This document shows positions 32,342-42,484 of a stretch of 64,000 bases of DNA, in pieces (within the stretch, counting starts at the first letter, position 1; each line of letters opens with the position of its first letter). Made by a program: the position numbers and the translations under genes. Location: the NCBI GenBank assembly GCA_963829055.1, contig CAWHHI010000004.1, positions 736,001 to 800,000 on the forward strand. The letters are read 5' to 3'. Under the pieces are notes generated by a model. It saw only the letters and a list, made by a program, of their open reading frames with translations, did not search any database and had not been told where the DNA came from. This DNA is from an uncultured Gemmatimonadaceae bacterium. GTDB lineage: Bacteria; Gemmatimonadota; Gemmatimonadetes; Gemmatimonadales; Gemmatimonadaceae.

Positions 32342-33499
32342 CTAGACCCGAGCGGTGAGCCCCGCCAGGCGCTCCGCAGCTCGGTCGAGCGTCTCCTGCT
32401 TCTTGCAGAACGCGAACCGGATCATGTTCTTGCCGCGTCCGCTGCCGGCGTGGTAGAAGCTCGAGCCTGGAACACCCGCGACGCCGACGTCCGCGGCCAT
32501 CCATTTCGCGAACTCGACGTCGCTCTTGTCGCTCAGCGCCGAGAAGTCCGCGAGCACGTAGTACGCGCCCTCGGGAATCGAGAAAGTGAACCCCGCTTCC
32601 GCGAGGATGGGCAGCAGCGAATCGCGGCGCGCGCGATAGTCGAGCGAGAGGTGATTGTAGTAGTCGGCGTCGAACGCCATGCCGACTGCCGCGGCCGCTT
32701 GCAGTGGAGCGGGCGCGCCGACCGTGAGGAAGTCGTGCACTTTCCGGATCGCGACGCTCTCGCGCTCCGGTGCGATCGCGTAGCCGAGCCGCCAGCCTGT
32801 GCAGCTGAACGTCTTGGACATGCCGGAGATCGTGACCGTGCGGTCGCGCATGCCGGGCCACGTCGCGAGCACGTGGTGTCCGCCAGCGTAGCGAATGTGC
32901 TCGTAGATCTCGTCCGTGATCGCCCACACGTCGTGCTCCACGCACAGCTCGGCGATGACGCCGATCTCTTCACGCGTGAGCACGCGTCCCGTGGGGTTGT
33001 GCGGCGTGTTGACGATGATCGCCTTCGTCTTCTCGTTGAACGCGGCGCGCAGCACTTCGGGATCGAAGCGCCAGCTCGGTGCCTCGAGCGGCACGTAGCG
33101 TGGCGTCGCGTTCGCGAGAATCGCGTCGGGCCCGTAGTTCTCGTACCACGGCTCGAAGATGATGACCTCGTCGCCGGGATTGATCAGGGCGAGGAAGACG
33201 GCGGCCATGGCTTCGGTGGCGCCGCACGTGACGGTGATCTCCTTGTCGGGATCGACCGGCATGTCGTACCAGCGCCGGTACTTCTCCGCGATCCCGAGCC
33301 GGAGCGCCGGTGCGCCCCACGTGATCGCGTACTGGTTGATGTCCCCGTGAATAGCGGCACAGGCGGCTTCCTTCATCGCTTCGGGCATCGGAAAGTCCGG
33401 GAAGCCCTGGGCGAGGTTGATCGCGCCGTGCTGCTGCGCGACGCGCGTCATCTCGCGGATGACGGATTCCGTGAAGCTGGCGGTTCGGATGGCAGGCAT
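32342..33499 (-). CDS. Class I/II PLP-dependent aminotransferase (YbdL/DapC-like)
   Basis: INLAQGFPDF, NTPHNPTG, DEIYEH, SKTFSCTGWRLGY, IRFAFCK. Confidence 0.92.
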   Translation of the reverse strand: MPAIRTASFTESVIREMTRVAQQHGAINLAQGFPDFPMPEAMKEAACAAIHGDINQYAITWGAPALRLGIAEKYRRWYDMPVDPDKEITVTCGATEAMAAVFLALINPGDEVIIFEPWYENYGPDAILANATPRYVPLEAPSWRFDPEVLRAAFNEKTKAIIVNTPHNPTGRVLTREEIGVIAELCVEHDVWAITDEIYEHIRYAGGHHVLATWPGMRDRTVTISGMSKTFSCTGWRLGYAIAPERESVAIRKVHDFLTVGAPAPLQAAAAVGMAFDADYYNHLSLDYRARRDSLLPILAEAGFTFSIPEGAYYVLADFSALSDKSDVEFAKWMAADVGVAGVPGSSFYHAGSGRGKNMIRFAFCKKQETLDRAAERLAGLTARV

Positions 33500-33625
33500 G
33501 AGGGGAAAGTGGCAAGAGCCCGCGGCGCAGGCTAGCCCTTGCCGCGATCTGCGGCCAGACTAGTCGTGGGGCTCGGCTCTCTGTTCGGGCCTCGACCAGA
33601 ATCTCACGCCGTCTGGAGCGCGCCC

Positions 33626-35787
33626 GTGGAACTCACCAGTCCTCGAAATCCAGCGTACCGTCGCGCGTCAGCCATTCCGCTGATCGTCACAGCCCTTGTT
33701 TGTCTCCCCGCGGTGGCTGCGCACGGGCAGTCCGCTGCTTCGACTCAGCCGGCAGCAGGAAGAGCGCTCGCGATCGAGGATTACTACCGGGTGAAAGGGG
33801 TAGGTTCGCCCGAGCTCTCGCCCGACGGTCGATGGGTGGCGTACACCGTTGCGACTCGCGTCGAGGCGACGAACGGCGAGACGAGCGAGGTCTGGCTGAC
33901 CTCGACCGATGCATCCGTGCCGAGTCGCCGCGTGAGCATCGAGGGGACGAATGGGACCGGCGTTCGGTGGACGGATGACGGTCTGCTGCACTTCGTTGCT
34001 GACGGCAAACCGAAGTCCGTCAATCCGGCGCAGCCCGACGTCGTGATCGAAGACTCTGTCGCCGGGCCGCCTGGAGCGAGAGGTGGTCGCGGCGGCGCCT
34101 CGGGCCGCGTGTCGCTCCCGAGCCCCGATGGGAAATGGACGGCCGTCGTGCGCGACACGCCGCCGCCCAAGCGCGAGACCACCTACGCCTCGGACTTCGA
34201 GAAGCGCCACGAGGAGCGGTTCAAGGGCGTCGAGTTCGACTGGCTCGATTTTCAGCGCGACGGTCAGCCGTTCCCGGTGCCGAACCGTCTCGATCCCTCC
34301 GTGAGTCCGCCGCAGGAGATCTTCCTGGTACCTAACGATGGAGGCGCCGAGCGTCAGCTGACGCGCCTGTCGCTGCGGCCGACCGGCGTCGCGTGGAATC
34401 GCGACGGCACGCGGCTGCTCTTCAGCGCCGACTCGAGCTATCGGACCGAGCGGGTGTACGGGGCGACGCAGATCTATTCCGTCTCGCTCGACGGTACCGT
34501 GCGCCGCCTCTCGGCCGACACGAACTACAGCTACACGGGTGCGCGATATTCGCCGGACGGCCGCTGGATTCTCTACACGCGTCAGCTGTCCACCGACGCG
34601 GTGATCCGCCGGAAGCTGGACCATGGCGGCGCGACAGATCTCGCGATCATGCCCGCCGATGGCGGTCCGGAGCGAGTGCTCACGGCCGACTGGGATTTCC
34701 TGCCGGCGTCGCCGGTGTGGAGTCCCGATAGCAAGTACGTGTATTTCACCGGCGGCGTCGGGGGAGCGAATCACCTCTTTCGCGTCCCGCCTAACGGTGG
34801 ACCCGTGGAACAGGTCACGAAGGGCGAGCGCCGCATCAATGGCGTGAGCTTCGACCGGGACTTCACGCGCATCGCATACACGGTTGGGCTCATCGAGTCG
34901 CCGCCGGAGATCTACACGGCGCGCATCGATGGCTCGGGGGAGGCGCGGCTCACGCACGTCAATGACGACTTCACGAGCGAGGTGGCGTTAGGCAAGGCGG
35001 AGCGCCTCCAGTTCAAGAGCAAGGACGGAACGCCGATCGAGGGGTGGCTCCTGTACCCGTATGGGTACCGTCCGAATGGCGGACCGTATCCGCTCGTCGT
35101 GAGCAACCACGGAGGCCCGCACGCGGCGGACGGCTACAGCTTCGACTTCAAGAATCAGCTCTTTGCCGCGAACGGCTACTTCGTGCTCGAAGTGAACTTC
35201 CGGAGCTCGACGGGCTACGGCGAGAAGTTCCTGTGGGGAACGTGGGGCGCGTGGGGCACGAAGGATGGCCAGGACGTCATGGCAGGCGTCGACTACGTGC
35301 TCGGCCGCGTACCGGCGGATCGCCGGCGCGTGGCGACGATCGGCCACTCGTACGGCGGCTTCATGACGAACTGGCTGATCACGCAGTACCCGGATCGCTT
35401 CGCGGCGGCGATTCCGGGCGCAGGCATCGTCAACTGGATGAGCGACTATGGCACGGCGGACATTGCGCGCACGAAGGAGACGGAGTTCTACGGCACTCCG
35501 TGGGAGGAGAAGGCGCGCGACGATCATGATTCGCCAATCACCGCTGACGTACGCGGGGCGGGTCAAGACGCCGACGCTGTTCATCAACGGTGAGATCGAT
35601 CAGCGGGTGCCGTATTCGGAAGCGGAGCAGATGTACGTCGCGCTCAAGAAGAACGGCGTGCCGGCGAAGGTGATTCGGTACGAGAACATGCCGCACAGTA
35701 TCTCGGGGTCGTGGAATCAGATCCACCGGATGCTGAACGAGCTGCACTGGCTGGATACGTATCTCAAAGACGCCGAAGGTGAGCTGA
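33626..35787 (+). CDS. S9 family peptidase (beta-propeller + alpha/beta hydrolase), exported; frameshifts near 35520 and 35767
   Basis: SPDGRW repeats, HGGPH, nucleophile GHSYGG. Catalytic Asp/His (GEIDQRVP, MPHS) lie in the shifted frame. Confidence 0.88.
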
Positions 35788-35802
35788 GGCTGCAGGCTGC
35801 GC

Positions 35803-36371
35803 TGCGTGCTTGCTTCGGCGCGCGCGGGGCTGGTCTGGATCATCGCGGCGCTAGGCGCGGGCACTCGGCTCCGGTGGCCACGCGCTTACACGCCTCGAGC
35901 CGAGCGGGTACCGAACTCCGTGCCGGGAGAGTGGCTCGGCCCCGCTCGTCTCGGGGCTACGCGCGAGGCCCCCTCCGCCGAGCGCCCGCGCCCCCCGGTC
36001 ATGGCGCGCTCCGGGGCCGGCCGCTCGTCACCGCACGCACGCATCGCCGACCGCGCCGCGGAGCGGCGCGCCAGCGTGCAGCAAGTCCGTGGCTCCTCTC
36101 GGCCGGCACGACCCGCGTTAGGGCGCGCACTGGCTGGGTGCTGCTCGCTGCTTGCCCCGACGGTCGGGATGCGTACCAGGAGGCGGGGGTGTCGCGTCGT
36201 AGGCGTCGTTGGCGCGTAGCCCCGAGACGAGCGGGGCCGAGCCACCTGTCCCGTAGCACGGAGTTCGGTACCCGTCGGCTCGAGGCGTGTAAGCGCCTAC
36301 GGCGCCGGAGACGCGACACCCCCGCCGACAAGACAGCGATCCCGATCGTCAGCACGCGAGCAGCACCCAGC
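35803..36371. repeat. Two inverted ~240-nt hairpin units sharing an ~85-nt conserved core
   Basis: 35882-35964 matches the reverse complement of 36212-36296 with a few indels; each core is flanked by its own complementary arms. Confidence 0.85.
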
Positions 36372-36378
36372 ACCCAGC

Positions 36379-36975
36379 TCAGCCGCGAACTTTCGCCAGG
36401 GCGTTCCGGATCAGCTCAGTCGCGCTCTGGGCACGGCCGTTCGTGTCGAGCGCCGCGCGCACGGCCTTGTCCGCATCCGCCAACGTGTAGCCTAACGACA
36501 CCAACGCCCGGATCGCGTCCTCCGCGCCAGCGCCCTCCGGGCGCGGGCCGCCGGTCGGTTCACCGCCCAGATCGTCCAGCTTGTCCGCAAGGTCGAGCAC
36601 CAGCTGCTCCGCCTTCTTGCGTCCAACACGCGGGACACTCTGCAGCGTCACGACGTCTTTCTCCCGGATCGCGCGCACCAGCCGTTCCGCCGAGAGCGCC
36701 GACAGCATACCTAACGCGAGGGAAGGGCCCACCCCCTTCGCATCCAGCACGCGCCGGAACACGCGCCGCTCGTACGGCGTCGTGAAGCCGAAGAGCTGCC
36801 AGCCATCCTCGCGCACGACCAGATGCGTGTGCAGCGTCGCCGTGTCGCCCACCTTGGGCAGGCCCTCGTACGCGCTCAGCGGAATCGAGAGCTCGTACCC
36901 AACGCCGCCTTCCGTGATGATCTCGACGTGGTCGAGCTCCTTCGTCGCGAGCCGCCCGAATACCTGTGAGATCAA
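36379..36975 (-). CDS. ruvA: Holliday junction DNA-binding protein
   Basis: GGVGYEL, HLVVREDGWQLFGF, GVGPSLAL, VPRVGRKKAEQL, ALVSLGY. TTG start overlaps the ruvC stop. Confidence 0.95.
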   Translation of the reverse strand: MISQVFGRLATKELDHVEIITEGGVGYELSIPLSAYEGLPKVGDTATLHTHLVVREDGWQLFGFTTPYERRVFRRVLDAKGVGPSLALGMLSALSAERLVRAIREKDVVTLQSVPRVGRKKAEQLVLDLADKLDDLGGEPTGGPRPEGAGAEDAIRALVSLGYTLADADKAVRAALDTNGRAQSATELIRNALAKVRG

Positions 36976-37538
36976 CGGCGACTCCCGGTCGTGATCGGCT
37001 TCACCGTGACTGGTTTCGGCGCGAACGGCGACGGTGGCAACGCGCTCCCAGGCCCCATCTTCGGAAGCCGCGCGCCCATCAGGTAGGTCAGTGCCGCCGC
37101 AACGCCATCCGCGGCGTCCGACGGAGCTGGGACTGCTTTCAATCTGAGAAGTCGCGTGAGCATGAACTGGACTTGTTCCTTCGTGGCCGCGCCCGAGCCA
37201 ACGACCGTCTTCTTGATCTCGGCCGGCGGAAACTCGTGCACCTCGATGCCGGCCTGCGCACCCGCGAGCAGCACGACGCCGCGTGCGTGGCCGAGCACCA
37301 CGGTCGTCCGCACGTTCTTCGCGTAGAACACGTCCTCGACTGACAGCGCCTGCGGCCGATGACGCAGAATGAGCTCGGTGACACCTTCGTGAATCTCGCG
37401 CAACCGCTGCGGAAGCGAGTCGCGCGGCCGCGTGCGAATGACGCCGCATTCAACGAGCGTCGGAGGGCGAGTGCCGTCGCCACTCACGACGCCGTACCCC
37501 GTGGTCGCCGTTCCCGGATCGATGCCGAGAACGATCAC
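36972..37538 (-). CDS. ruvC: Crossover junction endodeoxyribonuclease
   Basis: LGIDPG, VEDVF, LGHARGV, GAATKEQV, DAADG. Confidence 0.96.
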   Translation of the reverse strand: MIVLGIDPGTATTGYGVVSGDGTRPPTLVECGVIRTRPRDSLPQRLREIHEGVTELILRHRPQALSVEDVFYAKNVRTTVVLGHARGVVLLAGAQAGIEVHEFPPAEIKKTVVGSGAATKEQVQFMLTRLLRLKAVPAPSDAADGVAAALTYLMGARLPKMGPGSALPPSPFAPKPVTVKPITTGSRR

Positions 37539-37545
37539 GGACGGG

Positions 37546-38289
37546 TCACGCCTTCGCCATCTCCGACACGTCCATGTCGAAGTTGGCGTCGACCTTCTGT
37601 ACGTCGTCCAACTCTTCGAGGCCTTCGAGCAACTTGATCAGCGACTCGGCGTCCTTTCCTTCGACGCGAACCGTGTTCTTGGGAATCCAGACGATCTCCG
37701 CGCTCGTCGATGCGAATCCCTTGGCATCGAGCGCGGACTTCACGGCGTGCAGGTCGCCGACGGCTGTTGTGACGACGAACTGATCGTCCTCGCGCTGCAC
37801 GTCTTCCGCGCCGGCCTCGAGCGCGGCCTCGATGAGCGGATCTTCTTCGACGCGAGCGGCGTCGAGGTAGATCTGTCCGCGACGATCGAACATCCAGGAC
37901 ACGGAGTTCGCGGCGCCCAGGTTTCCACCGCCGCGCGAGAGCTTGAACCGGATTTCAGCGACCGTGCGGTTCGGGTTGTCGGTCACTGTCTGGATCATGA
38001 GGGCGACGCCCGCGGGCCCGTAGCCTTCGTACAGGATTTCCTGGTACTCGACGCCCTCGAGCTCACCCGTGCCCTTCTTTACCGCGCGCTCGATGTTCTC
38101 CTTGGGCATCGAGTTGCCCTTGGCGGTCTCGATGGCCGTGCGCAGTCGCGGGTTGCCGTCGGGGTCACCGCCGCCCTGCTTCGCGGCCATGGTGATCTCG
38201 CGGATGAGCTTCGTGAACAAGGCACCACGCTTGGCGTCAGTGGCAGCCTTGTAGTGCTTGATCTGCTTCCATTTACTGTGGCCGGCCAT
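37546..38289 (-). CDS. YebC/PmpR family regulator
   Basis: MAGHSKW, NPRLR, YEGYGPAG, TDNPNRT, DDVQKV; usual position upstream of ruvC. Confidence 0.96.
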   Translation of the reverse strand: MAGHSKWKQIKHYKAATDAKRGALFTKLIREITMAAKQGGGDPDGNPRLRTAIETAKGNSMPKENIERAVKKGTGELEGVEYQEILYEGYGPAGVALMIQTVTDNPNRTVAEIRFKLSRGGGNLGAANSVSWMFDRRGQIYLDAARVEEDPLIEAALEAGAEDVQREDDQFVVTTAVGDLHAVKSALDAKGFASTSAEIVWIPKNTVRVEGKDAESLIKLLEGLEELDDVQKVDANFDMDVSEMAKA

Positions 38290-38362
38290 AAGCAACTCTT
38301 GAAGTGCGAGTACGGTCTGCGGTCGAGGCGGAAATATATCACCGAGTCCCGATCGGGCGCCC

Positions 38363-38499
38363 TGTCATTCCGAGCGGAGCTTGTCATTCCGAGCGAACGA
38401 AGTGAGTCGAGGAATCCTTGGCCTGCAGGGTAGAGGGCTCTCTACCGGGACGCCAACGATTCCTCGACTCCGCCGCTTCGCGGCTGCGCTCGGAATGAC
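38363..38499. repeat. GTCATTCCGAGCG REP-like element, copy B
   Basis: Same modules as copy A: doubled tgtcattccgagcg, gagtcgaggaatc/gattcctcgactc, gtagagggctctctac, cgctcggaatgac. Confidence 0.88.
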
Positions 38500-38501
38500 G
38501 A

Positions 38502-39500
38502 CTATCGTCGTGTCCGTAATTGCATGGCTTCCGGTGGCCAATCGCCCCCGAGAAAACGAGCGAGTGCCGGCAACACGCGATCGCCCCGCTCCACGTACGC
38601 GAGGTGGCCCGCACCTGACAGCATGATGAGCCTCGCATCCGGAATGAGCTCCGCCCAGCGACGCGCGCCGTCGGGCGACACCGCGAGATCGCGGTCTCCC
38701 TGGATCACGAGCGTCGGCGCGCGGATCGCCAACGCCTTCCGCGTGAAATCCCACCGCCGAGGCAGCGACCGCATCGTCTGATCGTTTCGCCACGCAAGCC
38801 GCGCCGGTGACTCGTTTCGCAGTTCACAGAAATCCGTCGCGACCTGCGACACCTGTGCGGAGTCACCGAGGTATATCGGCAGGTACGCGGCATTCCACCG
38901 CCGACAGTCGCCCGCAAAATCCGCGGTGTCGGACGCGGCGGCGCGCGCGCGTGCGAGCCGCGCCGCCGCCGAATCTTCCTTCACCCTTCGCTCGGCCGGT
39001 GCATAACGCGAGCTCGTCTGCTCGTCGGGCGCCATCGGACCGAGCAGCGCGAGTCGGCTCACCCGCTCGGGATGATCTGCCGCGTAGAGAGCCGTGACGA
39101 GTCCGAGATAGGAGAACCCCACCAGTGCTACTCGCGAGATGCCGAGCCCTGATCGGATCGCCTCGAGGTCTCGCACCTCGTCGGCCATCGTGAGGCGGTT
39201 CGCGTCAGGCACCCAGTCCGACTGTCCGCGCCCGCGCGGATCGTAGAACACCACGGTCACGTCTTCGCGCAATGGTGACAGGTACAGCGCCAGCAGCACG
39301 CCCGCGGGGACGACGACCGTATCGCGACCCTTGCCGTAGATCGCGTAGTACAGACGCGCGCCGTCGCCACTGGCGATGAAGCCTGACGAGTCGGGGCGAG
39401 GCTGCGACCATGCGGTTCTCGGGACCGCGAACGTACAGGCGATCGCGAGCGCCGATAGCGACTGCCTTACGCGAGCACCGCGACGAGTGGCCGGATTCAT
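38502..39500 (-). CDS. Exported alpha/beta hydrolase
   Basis: Signal peptide, YDPRGRGQS, GFSYLG nucleophile elbow, IQGDRD, GAGH. Confidence 0.88.
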   Translation of the reverse strand: MNPATRRGARVRQSLSALAIACTFAVPRTAWSQPRPDSSGFIASGDGARLYYAIYGKGRDTVVVPAGVLLALYLSPLREDVTVVFYDPRGRGQSDWVPDANRLTMADEVRDLEAIRSGLGISRVALVGFSYLGLVTALYAADHPERVSRLALLGPMAPDEQTSSRYAPAERRVKEDSAAARLARARAAASDTADFAGDCRRWNAAYLPIYLGDSAQVSQVATDFCELRNESPARLAWRNDQTMRSLPRRWDFTRKALAIRAPTLVIQGDRDLAVSPDGARRWAELIPDARLIMLSGAGHLAYVERGDRVLPALARFLGGDWPPEAMQLRTRR

Positions 39501-39534
39501 CCGAGACCTCCGTGGCTCTTACCGGCGTCGCTTG

Positions 39535-40377
39535 TCAGCGATCCGGTTCCAGCATGTCCTCGAACCGCATCCACTGCTTGTAGAAAAAGAGATCCACGTA
39601 CCCGCGCGCACCGTTGCGGTTCTTGAGGACGAGCAACTCCGTCGCGCCGTCGACGTCGGGTGCGCTGTCGTACATCTCGTGACGATACAGACCGAGCACG
39701 ACATCGGCGAACTGCTTGAGTGCACCGAGCGCGCCGAAGTCGTCCAGGTGTGGCCGCGGGTCCTTGCGATCGCGGGCGATCGCCGGGAGATGCGTGGTCG
39801 CGATCACGCACACATCGAACTCCACCGCGATGCGCTTGAGCGCCCGTGCGGACGTGGCGAGGTCTTCGTCCAGTGACCGAGCGCCCGTCGCGAGCGACTG
39901 CAACGGATCGACGATCAGCAGATCGACGCTGCGCAGCCGCGCCGTTTCCTGCTCGAGCGCGGCGGCTCCGCCAGAGTCCACTGACCCGAACGACGGAAAC
40001 TGCTGATCGAGCCGTCGAGCGGCGGCCTCCAATCGGCTACGAGATTCATCGTCGAGGTTGCCGCGACGCAGATCGTCGACCCGAACGCGCGCTTCGATCG
40101 CCAACGCGCGTTCGGCGGCGCGCGTCTGGTCCATCTCGCCCGAGAGGAAACGCGTTTTCACTCCGGCCTCGCTCGCCCGGAGGGCAATGGCGAGCGTGAG
40201 CGCGGACTTTCCACTCCCGACCTCGCCTCCCAGGACGACCAGGTCTCCACGTCTGACTCCGCCGCCGAGCGCGTTGTCGACGCTCGGAAATCCCGTCGCG
40301 ATCGTATCGCGCGGCGCAGTGCCTCCGGCGATGGTTTCGATCGCGCGACGCGCCCGTGCTTCGTCGATGTCGCTCAT
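39535..40377 (-). CDS. DnaB-like helicase C-terminal (RecA-fold) domain only
   Basis: IATGFPSVDNALGGG, Walker A GEVGSGKS, SGEM, IVDPLQ, KNRNG. ~280 aa with no DnaB N-terminal domain. Confidence 0.85.
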   Translation of the reverse strand: MSDIDEARARRAIETIAGGTAPRDTIATGFPSVDNALGGGVRRGDLVVLGGEVGSGKSALTLAIALRASEAGVKTRFLSGEMDQTRAAERALAIEARVRVDDLRRGNLDDESRSRLEAAARRLDQQFPSFGSVDSGGAAALEQETARLRSVDLLIVDPLQSLATGARSLDEDLATSARALKRIAVEFDVCVIATTHLPAIARDRKDPRPHLDDFGALGALKQFADVVLGLYRHEMYDSAPDVDGATELLVLKNRNGARGYVDLFFYKQWMRFEDMLEPDR

Positions 40378-40775
40378 GCTGTCGGCACGGCGAAGGCACG
40401 CATCAGTTCGTGCAGCTCGGCGATGGCCATTGCGTCGAGCGGCGGGGTGCACGCCTCCACCACGGCGCGAAATGCCGGCTCCACCCCGTCACGGTCGACC
40501 GAAGCCGTGGCATCCACCAGGCGGGCGAGCAACTGCCGCAATGCGGCCGGGAGTGCGAGCGACGCGAGCCACGTGCGAGCACCAACCGCTCGTGTCATGC
40601 GAACGCCTTGAGGCAGGGGCTGCGGTGGCAGCGCGCCGACGACGAGCCGTGCCGCCAGGAGCGTCGCCAGCGCTACCTCACGATCGCCACCGAGCGCCGA
40701 ACGCCCGACGAGGGAAGCGAGTGCACGGAAGCGAAAGCGCGGCGTGGAGAGCGCGTAGGGGGGTAGTAATGGCAC
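40374..40775 (-). CDS. Hypothetical helical protein translationally coupled to the DnaB-like gene
   Basis: Stop overlaps the downstream ATG (ATGA). Start uncertain (GTG 40775; frame open to 40844). Confidence 0.6.
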   Translation of the reverse strand: MPLLPPYALSTPRFRFRALASLVGRSALGGDREVALATLLAARLVVGALPPQPLPQGVRMTRAVGARTWLASLALPAALRQLLARLVDATASVDRDGVEPAFRAVVEACTPPLDAMAIAELHELMRAFAVPTA

Positions 40776-40905
40776 GGCGCCAAATCTACGGGCGGGCGCG
40801 AGCACAGCAACGCGTCGACGCCATGTCGTCAGTTCGACCGGCAACCCACGTCACGGTGACCAATCTTGCTGTCGCCGTCGTCCCCGCGACGGCTAGATTC
40901 ACTAC

Positions 40906-42465
40906 ATGGCTCCCCCCGTAAAGTCTGTGCTGTGGGTCGATGACGAGGCTGACCTTCTCGAGTCGCACCGCATTTTCCTGCGCGAGAAGGGCTACGAGGT
41001 CGAAACCGCGACCAACGCCGACGATGCCGTCGAGCTGCTGAGGCGGCGTCCTTTCGACATCCTGCTGCTCGACGAGCAGATGCCAGGCAAACGCGGTCTC
41101 GAGACGTACAAGGAAGTTCGCGAGCTCGCGCCGAATCTGCCGGTCGTCATGGTGACGAAGAGCGAGGAAGACGCGACGCTCCGCGAAGCCCTGGGCGCGA
41201 ACATCCGCGACTACCTCGTCAAGCCGATCAATCCGCGACAGGTCCTCACTGTCATCACGCGGATTCTCGAAGGCCCACGCATTCGCCAACAGGCGATCGC
41301 GCGTCGTTTCGTCGAGCGGTTCCGCGCGATCGAGGTCGAGCGTGGGCGTGTCCTCGACTGGCGCGGTTGGGTAGAGCGCTACATCGAGCTGATGCAGTGG
41401 GACGTCGACCTCGCTTCCGCAGGAGAGTCTGGGTTATACGAGTCGCTGCGAGGCTTGTATCCGGACATGCATCGCGAGTTCGCCGAGTACATGCGTCAGG
41501 CATATCCGGCGTGGCTGCGCGATCTCGAGGGCGACCGGCCGCCGCTGTCGATCGACATCGTCGGGGAGTTCCTGCTCCCGATGCTGCAGCGCGCACGCTC
41601 CGCGGTGTTCATCGTCGTGGACTGCCTGCGGCTCGATCAGTGGCTCATCATCGAGCCGCTGCTGGCGCCGATGTTCGATGTCGAGCGCACGCACTACTAC
41701 TCGGTGCTGCCGACGGCGACGCCGTATTCGCGGAACGCACTCTTCAGCGGGCTCTTTCCCGGTGAGATCGCGGCGCGTTTTCCGGATTGGTGGGGCGAGC
41801 GCGAGGACGAGACGCTGAACGCCCACGAGCGCGAACTGCTCGAGGCGCATCTGCAGGAGCTCAACTCGCCGCGGGCGGTCAGGTACGCGAAGATCTCGAC
41901 CGCCGCGGACTCGGATGAGCTCGAGCGGCACATGCACAGCGCCATCGCGCCCGAAGGCGTGAGCGCGTTCGTATTCAACTTCGTCGATCTGCTGACGCAC
42001 GGACGCAGCGAGTCGGCGATCCTGTACGAAGTGGCGCGCGACGAGATCGCGTTACGGCAGCTCACTCTCCAATGGTTCCAGCGCTCTGCGCTCCTCGGCG
42101 TACTGCGTGAGGCGGCTCGACGGAAAGTGTCGGTGCTGCTGACGAGCGACCACGGCTCGATTCACTGCCAGACTCCCGCGACGGTGTTCGCGAAGCGCGA
42201 TGCGTCTGCGAATCTCCGCTACAAGTTCGGCGAGGACCTGCGCGCCGAACGACCGGAGCAGGCGCTGTTGTTCCCTAACGAGGATCTGCTGCGCCTGCCT
42301 CGGCGCGGCCTGGGCGCGAACACGCTGCTCGCGGTCTCGGACGGATTCTTCGTCTATCCGACGAAGCTGCGCGAGTACCAGAGCCGATATCGCGGATCAT
42401 TTCTCCACGGCGGCGTTACGCCGGAAGAATGCATCCTGCCGGTCGCGCTGCTGACGCCGAAATGA
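40906..42465 (+). CDS. PorX-like response regulator: REC + PglZ/alkaline-phosphatase-superfamily domain
   Basis: LWVDDE, LLDEQMPG, MVTKSEE, then VDCLRLDQW, LPTATPYSRNALFSG, NFVDLLTH, TSDHG, FLHGGVTPEE. Confidence 0.9.
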   Translation: MAPPVKSVLWVDDEADLLESHRIFLREKGYEVETATNADDAVELLRRRPFDILLLDEQMPGKRGLETYKEVRELAPNLPVVMVTKSEEDATLREALGANIRDYLVKPINPRQVLTVITRILEGPRIRQQAIARRFVERFRAIEVERGRVLDWRGWVERYIELMQWDVDLASAGESGLYESLRGLYPDMHREFAEYMRQAYPAWLRDLEGDRPPLSIDIVGEFLLPMLQRARSAVFIVVDCLRLDQWLIIEPLLAPMFDVERTHYYSVLPTATPYSRNALFSGLFPGEIAARFPDWWGEREDETLNAHERELLEAHLQELNSPRAVRYAKISTAADSDELERHMHSAIAPEGVSAFVFNFVDLLTHGRSESAILYEVARDEIALRQLTLQWFQRSALLGVLREAARRKVSVLLTSDHGSIHCQTPATVFAKRDASANLRYKFGEDLRAERPEQALLFPNEDLLRLPRRGLGANTLLAVSDGFFVYPTKLREYQSRYRGSFLHGGVTPEECILPVALLTPK

Positions 42466-42484
42466 TCTCGTCGCCTCGCGACTG

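Noticed and set aside
39535..40377. Prophage or plasmid replication module
   Set aside because: No phage, integrase or initiator genes nearby, and composition matches the flanks.
40906..42465. BREX anti-phage system suggested by the PglZ domain
   Set aside because: No brxC, pglX or brxL nearby, and the REC fusion is the PorX architecture.
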